A DNA stretch of 64,000 nt, from contig CAZVFP010000007.1 in the NCBI GenBank assembly GCA_964626465.1, positions 953 to 64,952 of the forward strand, read 5' to 3'. A program made the translations under genes and the position numbers. The DNA is from an uncultured Bacteriovoracaceae bacterium. Lineage in GTDB: Bacteria; Bdellovibrionota; UBA2394. Shown one piece after another: positions 57,522-64,000 of the stretch (positions are counted from its first letter, which is position 1; the number at the start of each line of letters is the position of its first letter). A model generated the notes under the pieces. It worked only from the letters and a program-made list of their open reading frames with translations. It ran no database searches and was not told the origin of the DNA.

Positions 57522-58700
57522 ATGCTGGCACGATATCTCAGATTAGCGCGCGTGATTTTTCTTTGTGTCGGCGTCGTGCTATCCCTTCAGCGCGGTTTAG
57601 CAGCGCCCGTTCAGGCTGACTTGCCGGCGGTTGTATCGAGTCCTTCGGTGACATTGATTGAATCGTTTTTTCGAGAAAATCTTGAAAGAAAAAGTGTTAG
57701 AGATTTTGCGTGGGAAATGGCTCTGTTGGGCGATCAAGGCCTGCGGGCAGAAAACTGGAAAAAAGTTGTTTATACTGCGACGAGTGGGCAGAAATTGGAA
57801 ATAGAATTGTGTTTGGACGATCAAGAAGTTGAAGCTGCAAATTTGCTCTTGGATCGATTGAGGGTTTCAGAATTCATTCAAATTCGTAAGGCAGGTATTG
57901 AAGTTCAAGGGCCCAGGAAAAGGGACGAAGCTGAGGCTCTCGAACTGACATCGATTCAAACCGCTCGGCAGTATGGAAATATTGGCGCTGGGTTTAGTAC
58001 GCTGCTCGTATCAATGCTATTGGGATATGCGTCTCTCAGTGAGATTCAGTCCGATGGGCATGTGGCGCATATGACGATGTCTATTAGCGACAGTCCGGTA
58101 TGGAAGAAAATGCTGCCCTATTTGACTGCGGGCTTGGTTTCTCTGACTTATCATCTGTTGTCTGGAAAAATTAAAAGTTGGTGGGGTGCAAAGATTTTCA
58201 ACCCCAATCGCTTTTGGTCTCGTTTTCTCATCGAGGATAGTCTTCTGCCCCTTCTTGTTATTTTTTCATCGTCATTTGTGGCAATTCTGCCTCCTTCTGT
58301 GGTCCCTTATCATGGGATGTCATTGAATTCTTTTGTTGCAATTCTTCTCTCCGCGGTTTCTCTTAACTTTTTTCAATCCTCTGTTCAGCGAGGTATCAAT
58401 ACCGGAGAGTTAAATCGTTTGTCGGGTGAACGACATATTGCGTTTTGGTCGGTCTATACTGGAGCGGCACGTTCCTGGGTGATTAATTCTGGAGGTGCTT
58501 TAGGCGGAATATTGATGCAGCTCGGGATGATGGCACTTGTCTCGGTTCCTGCATGGCTCAAAGTGACGAAAGTGAATAAGGTATTCGACGAAGACACGGC
58601 CCGTGTATTGAGTGGAGAAAAACCCCGATGGTCGGGAGTCTGTAAAAAAGCGCTGCAATTTATCGTTCGGCCGCGTCGTTTTTCTATTTCTTCGAAATAA
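57522..58700 (+). CDS. hypothetical membrane protein
   Basis: Signal-like N-terminus and several hydrophobic helices in the C-terminal half. No family was recognised. Confidence 0.4.
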   Translation: MLARYLRLARVIFLCVGVVLSLQRGLAAPVQADLPAVVSSPSVTLIESFFRENLERKSVRDFAWEMALLGDQGLRAENWKKVVYTATSGQKLEIELCLDDQEVEAANLLLDRLRVSEFIQIRKAGIEVQGPRKRDEAEALELTSIQTARQYGNIGAGFSTLLVSMLLGYASLSEIQSDGHVAHMTMSISDSPVWKKMLPYLTAGLVSLTYHLLSGKIKSWWGAKIFNPNRFWSRFLIEDSLLPLLVIFSSSFVAILPPSVVPYHGMSLNSFVAILLSAVSLNFFQSSVQRGINTGELNRLSGERHIAFWSVYTGAARSWVINSGGALGGILMQLGMMALVSVPAWLKVTKVNKVFDEDTARVLSGEKPRWSGVCKKALQFIVRPRRFSISSK

Positions 58701-60078
58701 TCACAAAATGATCTGTGCTCTTTAACTCGGAGAGAATTAAGGAGTCGACTTTTGGAGCTTTAAGAGTGGCGGTATTAAGCTGTTCACCTCGATACCAAAG
58801 AATTCTTGAGATCACAGATTTGTTACTAATATCTGCGGGCTGGTCGGTGCTCAGCCATTTTTTCCAAAACGATAAAAAATAATCTCTTTCAATGACTACA
58901 TGAGAAACGCCATTGTCGGCCATCCATTTTAAGAGCTTCGGTTCTTCAGTAATCAACATTGCATTCGGGTCGAAGATAATATTCGTCTTAAACAGTTGTG
59001 AAATGAACGAGTTACTTTCTGAAAGCACCAGCATATTTTTTGGAGAAAAATGAGGCAGTTCGTTGACAGCGTTCACCCATTCGAGATCAAAGGTACGCGT
59101 TGGCGGGACGAAGCGAATTGCCGAAGCTCCAATGATGGCCAATGCTCCGCAAAGTAAGAATGATCTCGTGTACTTCCAGAATATCTCAGCGTCTTTGAGT
59201 AAAACTTGAAAGACTTTGATTGTAAGAACCCCGATAAGAACCTCGACCGGTTTCTCAGCGAGCGGCGTGAAGTAAAGAATCCACGGAAACGTTGAGGTAT
59301 ATAGCCAAAGTCGGCTTTGCCAAGGTTGCAGCCATGTTAACAATATTGACAAGCCGACAGCAATCCACGCCATCCAGGCTGTGTGCGACGGACGAAGTCG
59401 CAGGTCCTGGGGCAGTAGCGCGAGAACAATAAGCAGCGCTGTCGATGTAAGGAGTGTCCATGCCATGATTTGAAGTGACGATGGGCCTATGATCTGTCGA
59501 GCTTTCCATTGAATGGCGGTTCGCTCTACTAGGAAAAAATGAATCAGCCCAGTGAGAATAATAACTCCGGTTGTCCACAGGACGAGGAGAGCAGCATTTT
59601 CGCTGCTGACGGCGACTAAAATTCCAGCGAATGTAATCACCCAAAACTTCACGACGTTTTGAACCCAAAGAATGCTGGAGATCAGAAGCAGGCTGCCTAT
59701 CCACTGTCCAATAATCTCGGGTGATGTGCCTGCGAAAGAAAAATGAAGAAGCCCGGACGCGGCAAAGAGCGCCAGAACATTTCTAGCTCTTCCTTGAAAC
59801 AAGATTCGAAATAAGTAGAAGGCAAGGATCAGTAAAGCTGGGCCCAAATAAGTATATGCGAGTGATAAGAACGGGGCCAGATAGGGGCTGAGGACGATGC
59901 GATAGTTCTTAATTAGCCTGAAGGAAAGAGAAAAAATATCTGCGTTGTAAGGCCCAACAAGCAATCCTTTGTCAAACTGCCACAAGTGGGGTGTCTGCCA
60001 AATTGAGGGAATCAACAAGGCTAACACACAAAGCGCTGGAGAGATACGCTGGAAAAATTTTGATTTAGCATCTGCCAT
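58684..60078 (-). CDS. polytopic integral membrane protein of unknown function (glycosyltransferase-C/ligase-like topology)
   Basis: About 10 predicted TM helices in the first 330 aa, then a soluble C-terminal domain of about 130 aa. No catalytic motif was recognised. Confidence 0.45.
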   Translation of the reverse strand: MADAKSKFFQRISPALCVLALLIPSIWQTPHLWQFDKGLLVGPYNADIFSLSFRLIKNYRIVLSPYLAPFLSLAYTYLGPALLILAFYLFRILFQGRARNVLALFAASGLLHFSFAGTSPEIIGQWIGSLLLISSILWVQNVVKFWVITFAGILVAVSSENAALLVLWTTGVIILTGLIHFFLVERTAIQWKARQIIGPSSLQIMAWTLLTSTALLIVLALLPQDLRLRPSHTAWMAWIAVGLSILLTWLQPWQSRLWLYTSTFPWILYFTPLAEKPVEVLIGVLTIKVFQVLLKDAEIFWKYTRSFLLCGALAIIGASAIRFVPPTRTFDLEWVNAVNELPHFSPKNMLVLSESNSFISQLFKTNIIFDPNAMLITEEPKLLKWMADNGVSHVVIERDYFLSFWKKWLSTDQPADISNKSVISRILWYRGEQLNTATLKAPKVDSLILSELKSTDHFVIISKK

Positions 60079-60148
60079 CGTCTCTTATATTATATTAAAA
60101 CGGCGATCACGCTTGAAAGCTAGTAATGGTTTTCGATACCATTGAGTT

Positions 60149-61111
60149 GTGAAAATTCTCGAGGTCAATGGGCTCACGAAAGATTACAAACAGCATTTCT
60201 GGACTCCGAGCAGAAGAGTTTTAGATGGCGTTAGCTTCGAAGTTGCATCGGGCGAGGTGTTTGGATTTTTGGGTCCGAATGGTTCGGGGAAAAGTACGAC
60301 AATAAAGATATTGCTTGAGATTATTTTCCCGACAGGTGGAACCGCTAAACTCTTCGGAAAAAGTGTCGGAGATAAAGAGAGTAAACGTCGAATTGGTTTC
60401 TTGCCTGAGAATCCCTATTTTTACGATTATTTAACGGCGACCCAGTTTTTAAAATTTCATGGTCTTTTGCTGGGTCTCGACACAAACACGCTTAAGAAAC
60501 GAATCCCGGAAGTCTTGGAACAGGTTGGAATGAAAGGCACAGATTCAATTTACTTGAGAAATTTTTCTAAGGGGATGTTGCAACGAATTGGTCTTGCCCA
60601 AGCAATCATTCACGATCCCGAGCTCGTCATTTTGGATGAGCCGATGACAGGGTTGGATCCTCTTGGTCGGAAAGAAGTTCGTGATATCATGCTTCAGTTA
60701 AAGCATCAGGGAAAAACTGTCTTTTTTTCAACGCATATTCTCACTGACGTTGAAGCAATATGTGATCGAGTGGCGATTTTGAATAAGGGAAAACTTTTAA
60801 ACTGCGGATCTTTGCGCGAGCTGATCTCGGTTGAAACAAAATATGTTGATATGACATGGACATCGTGTAGCGGCGAACTTTTTTCTTATTTGGCTCAACA
60901 TGATCGAGCGATCACAAAGAACTCCGACCAAGCCTATCTCAAAGTGGCACCACTGGAAGGCGAAGCGTCTGGTGAATTTCAGGCTCGAGTTCAAAGTATT
61001 ATCGACAAAGGAATGTCTATGGGCGGAGTCTTGCATTATCTGAGTCCAAAAAAAGAAAGTCTGGAAGATCTTTTTTTGAAGCAGGTGGGAAGGTTAGAAA
61101 GTCGTGTTTAG
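60149..61111 (+). CDS. ABC transporter ATP-binding protein (ABC-2 exporter type)
   Basis: GTG start. FLGPNGSGKSTT, signature FSKGMLQRIGLAQAI and Walker B LVILDEPMTGLDP. Confidence 0.85.
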   Translation: MKILEVNGLTKDYKQHFWTPSRRVLDGVSFEVASGEVFGFLGPNGSGKSTTIKILLEIIFPTGGTAKLFGKSVGDKESKRRIGFLPENPYFYDYLTATQFLKFHGLLLGLDTNTLKKRIPEVLEQVGMKGTDSIYLRNFSKGMLQRIGLAQAIIHDPELVILDEPMTGLDPLGRKEVRDIMLQLKHQGKTVFFSTHILTDVEAICDRVAILNKGKLLNCGSLRELISVETKYVDMTWTSCSGELFSYLAQHDRAITKNSDQAYLKVAPLEGEASGEFQARVQSIIDKGMSMGGVLHYLSPKKESLEDLFLKQVGRLESRV

Positions 61112-61877
61112 AAATCAGCCTTATTTTATTATTGCCCTGAATACCTATTGGGAGGCTCGACATAACAAAGTTCTCTATATTGCGTCTGGATTTGTGGCAG
61201 TGCTTATAGCGTTTGCTTTGTTTATGGGCGAGGTGAGCCTTTATCAAAATGAAAAAGTTGTGAAAGATATTGGATTAGCAGCCATTTCTGTTTTGGGAAT
61301 TTTCGTAGCGGTATTTCTTGGCGTGAATGGAATTTATAAGGATTTAGAACGACGTACAATTTATTCCATTGTTTCTAAGCCAATTGATCGCTACCAAATC
61401 ATCATTGGCAAGTTTTTAGGAATGGCACTCGTGTTGGGCACTGTGGTTGCTATGATGACGATCTATCTGTATCTCGTGACATCTTTCATTGAGTTCAAGG
61501 TTGATTTTTCTCTGATTCCGGCGATTGTTCTGACTTACTTCGAGTTGTTAATTGTCGCCGGTTTGGCGACATTTTTTTCGAGTTTCTCGTCTCCGTTTCT
61601 GAGCGGATTATTTACAGCTGGCTTTTTTCTCATCGGCCGAGTTTCTCATGATTTGGCTGGATTTGGAGAGAGAAGCAAAAAGCCTCTGTTTAAATTTTTT
61701 GCGACGGGAGTTCAAAAAGTATTTGATCTTGAATCGTTTAATCTGAGAACTGCAGTGGTGCACAAGCTTCCCGTGTATGCTCAGGATTTTTGGTATCCTG
61801 CAGCTTACGGAGTCTTTGCGGTGCTTTTTCTTCTGGTGCTTTCAATCTTTGCATTCAACAGACGGGATTTTAAATAG
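61104..61877 (+). CDS. ABC-2 family transporter permease
   Basis: 6-TM hydrophobic protein overlapping the ATPase gene by 8 nt. Confidence 0.6.
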   Translation: MFRNQPYFIIALNTYWEARHNKVLYIASGFVAVLIAFALFMGEVSLYQNEKVVKDIGLAAISVLGIFVAVFLGVNGIYKDLERRTIYSIVSKPIDRYQIIIGKFLGMALVLGTVVAMMTIYLYLVTSFIEFKVDFSLIPAIVLTYFELLIVAGLATFFSSFSSPFLSGLFTAGFFLIGRVSHDLAGFGERSKKPLFKFFATGVQKVFDLESFNLRTAVVHKLPVYAQDFWYPAAYGVFAVLFLLVLSIFAFNRRDFK

Positions 61878-62659
61878 TGGAGCTTGGACTTGCTGGTTTC
61901 GAAGTCGTGCAGGGAATTTTTGTCTTCGCATTTGGATTATGTGTGGGGAGTTTTTTGAATGTTGTCATTGTGCGGTTGCCTCGTGATCGGTCGCTGATTT
62001 CTCCGGGCTCAAGATGCGGGTTTTGCCGAAGTGCTTTGCTGTGGCACTCAAATATTCCAATACTGGGTTTTTTGAAATCGGCCGGGCAATGTCAAAAGTG
62101 TGGGCATCCTTATTCAGCGAGATACCTTCTGATAGAGCTTTTGACAGCTCTTTTGTTTCTCGCAGTTTGGGCTCAATATGGATGGTCAGAAAAAACAATT
62201 CTGTTCTGTGCCTTTGTGGCATCTTTGATCGCGATGACATTCATTGATCTAGAATTCAGGATCATTCCTGATTCAATTAGTCTTGGAGGCTGGTTCATTG
62301 CGTTGATTTTCGCAGCTCTCCAGGTGCCAGACTTTCCACTTTCGCTTTCGGATGCGGTTATTGGATCTGCTGTTGGATATGGGTTCTTTTGGATCGCAAG
62401 CCGAATCTTTTACTGGAAAACTCAAGAAGTGGGACTTGGAGAAGGTGATGTTAAGCTTATGGGATTCATAGGAGCTTTTGTTGGCTTTTCTGGAGTTCTC
62501 ACAACAATCTTGGTCGGATCGATATTGGGCGTTGGAGTGGGCCTCACACTGATGTTGGTTCAAGGAAAAGGGCGAAGGTATCCAATTCCTTTTGGTCCAT
62601 TTTTGGCCTTAGGTGCATTGGTTTCTATTTTTGGATTGGATTTTTGGTGGGTTCATTGA
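61877..62659 (+). CDS. prepilin peptidase (A24 family, PilD/TadV-like) with N-terminal zinc-binding CxxC pairs
   Basis: CRCGFC...CQKCGHP tetracysteine motif after the first TM. The conserved Asp-containing helices (IIPD..., GEGDVKLMG) are present. Confidence 0.8.
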   Translation: MELGLAGFEVVQGIFVFAFGLCVGSFLNVVIVRLPRDRSLISPGSRCGFCRSALLWHSNIPILGFLKSAGQCQKCGHPYSARYLLIELLTALLFLAVWAQYGWSEKTILFCAFVASLIAMTFIDLEFRIIPDSISLGGWFIALIFAALQVPDFPLSLSDAVIGSAVGYGFFWIASRIFYWKTQEVGLGEGDVKLMGFIGAFVGFSGVLTTILVGSILGVGVGLTLMLVQGKGRRYPIPFGPFLALGALVSIFGLDFWWVH

Positions 62660-64000
62660 AGACAAAGTTCCAGTCATTGAAGTTTGACTTGGCTTTTGAT
62701 CTAAGCCTGCTGACTTTCTGTGCGCTGATTTTGAGTCAGGGAATTCTGATTGCGCTTTTAAGAGTTCAGCTGCCAAAGGAAATTGGAGCCTCAGTTGAGA
62801 ACCATTTGAAGATGCTTCATCAGAGTTTCATTTCATCTGCTGTCATGCGTGAACTGGAAAGCCATGATTCTCAAGCCATTTCTGATCCGAAGGCTGTGAG
62901 CGCCGCCTTTCGTGAATTTGCTCAGAGTGTAGGTCAAATTGAAGATGTCTCAGTCGATGTCATTGGTCTCGATTTGGCAAGGGATCAGCAGTTGTTGAAC
63001 GGCAGCGTTCTTATCCAAAACGAGAAATATTTGTTATTTTTTCCTAAAGTCTCTTCATTTCGAATTGCTTTGCCTGGCCATCAACAGTCTGTTTATGTCT
63101 ACACGATTTCATTAGACACGTTTCATAGAATTTTATCCGATTTTAAATTTAAGGCATTCCTGATTATGTTATTGGTCGAAATCATTTTGGTTTTTTTGGG
63201 ATATCATCTTCTCTTTCGCCGAAATATTTTGGTCCCGATAGAGAATCTAAGCCGTTTTTCAAAAGAGTTCTTGGCCGAAAACTGGTCTGCGCGCTGTTCG
63301 GTCGGACGACAAGATGAACTGGGAAATGTCGCTGAAGCGCTGAACGAAATGGCGTCAAAGATTCAGGAAAAAGAGAAGAAGTTGTTTTTAACAATCGAAT
63401 CATTGAAGCAGGCAAATGCCGAACTTGAGGCAAGACAGAACGAACAGTTGCAGATCGAAAAATTGGCATCAATTGGTCGACTTGCAGCTGGCGTTGCTCA
63501 CGAGGTGGGGAATCCTTTGGGAGCGATTGCTGGTTATATTGATATTTTGAAGCGCGTTGTCACCAAATCTGGTGGGACCAGAGAGGATATTGAGATCTGT
63601 GATCGAATTGAAACTGAGGCCAACAGAATCAGCAAAATCATTCGCGCACTTCTTCAACAGGCGAGGCCTACAAAGGAGCGAATCAAAACAGTTGTTCTCA
63701 AGCCAGTCCTGGTCAGAAGTGTGCAGCTAGCCCAGATTCCTTCATCGATTGAATTGGAATTTGATTTCGAGGATGAATCGGCCGCAGTGCTCGCGGAAGA
63801 AGATCAGTTAGTTCAAGTTTTCTTGAACTTGCTCGTCAACGCCCGGCATGCGATTGAGGAAAAAAAAGATCGGGCCGATCGAGGACGGTTGAAGATTCGA
63901 TGTCGAAAGAGAAAGCTTCCCATTTACAAGCCGGGAGTAAATGAAGGGGGAGACTATGATACTTCTGTTGTTAGGTCTCTCAAGCCAGAAGTTTATTGGG
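62656..64000 (+). CDS. sensor histidine kinase (2 TM, HAMP, HisKA, HATPase_c); 3' end truncated by window
   Basis: The frame is open from TTG 62656 to the window end. It contains TM2 plus HAMP (FLAENWSARCSVGRQDELGNVAEALNEMASKI), the H-box AAGVAHEVGNPLGAI and the N-box VFLNLLVNARHAIEE. It is absent from the ORF track because no stop falls in the window. Confidence 0.75.
   Translation, partial: MKTKFQSLKFDLAFDLSLLTFCALILSQGILIALLRVQLPKEIGASVENHLKMLHQSFISSAVMRELESHDSQAISDPKAVSAAFREFAQSVGQIEDVSVDVIGLDLARDQQLLNGSVLIQNEKYLLFFPKVSSFRIALPGHQQSVYVYTISLDTFHRILSDFKFKAFLIMLLVEIILVFLGYHLLFRRNILVPIENLSRFSKEFLAENWSARCSVGRQDELGNVAEALNEMASKIQEKEKKLFLTIESLKQANAELEARQNEQLQIEKLASIGRLAAGVAHEVGNPLGAIAGYIDILKRVVTKSGGTREDIEICDRIETEANRISKIIRALLQQARPTKERIKTVVLKPVLVRSVQLAQIPSSIELEFDFEDESAAVLAEEDQLVQVFLNLLVNARHAIEEKKDRADRGRLKIRCRKRKLPIYKPGVNEGGDYDTSVVRSLKPEVYW

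Noticed and set aside
63182-63657. Minus-strand ORFs 63182..63472 and 63469..63657
   Set aside because: They are antisense shadows inside the plus-strand histidine kinase reading frame, which carries clear H-box and N-box motifs.
1-64000. Mobile elements, prophage, CRISPR arrays, tRNA/rRNA genes
   Set aside because: No transposase, integrase or recombinase motifs and no long direct or terminal inverted repeats were seen. No regularly spaced short repeats were found. The intergenic regions are mostly under 150 nt and contain no cloverleaf-compatible sequences.

Overview
This 64 kb window reads as core chromosome from a Gram-negative bacterium of roughly 45% GC. Gene density is high and most genes sit in co-directional, start/stop-overlapping operons. 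The gene content (DUF4388, Tad-type secretion ATPase, lipoprotein maturation, LemA/TPM, HD-GYP and GGDEF signalling) is consistent with a Bdellovibrio-like or delta-proteobacterial lineage. That lineage call is inference only.

Recognised features:
- An RNase P RNA gene (rnpB, type A) preceded by a sigma70-like promoter.
- Three ABC importers or exporters: oligopeptide opp/dpp, branched-chain liv, and an ABC-2 exporter.
- A bacterial topoisomerase VI operon, top6B-top6A.
- Housekeeping genes uvrD/pcrA, ruvCAB, tmk-holB-tatD, lspA-lgt, asnS, murF, hpt/upp and RidA.
- A 2-oxoacid:ferredoxin oxidoreductase alpha/beta pair.
- A split PutA: a proline dehydrogenase gene followed by a separate P5C dehydrogenase gene.
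- A Tad/Flp-type secretion module (secretin, CpaF, TadB/C-like) in which both the ATPase and a downstream membrane protein carry FHA domains.
- A prepilin peptidase located about 30 kb from that module.
- A LemA-TPM-TPM module.
- A PAS-GGDEF cyclase, an HD-GYP phosphodiesterase, and a partial sensor histidine kinase at the 3' edge.

The least ordinary region is 33.2-39.2 kb. It holds a 788-aa fusion of a PhyH-type Fe(II)/2OG dioxygenase with a GSCFA domain, a class I SAM methyltransferase, and two CgeB-like (DUF3880/GT1-type) glycosyltransferase paralogs. A third CgeB-like paralog lies at 5.1-6.5 kb. I read this as a candidate uncharacterised glycan or small-molecule modification system.

No transposases, integrases, CRISPR arrays or tRNA/rRNA genes were seen.
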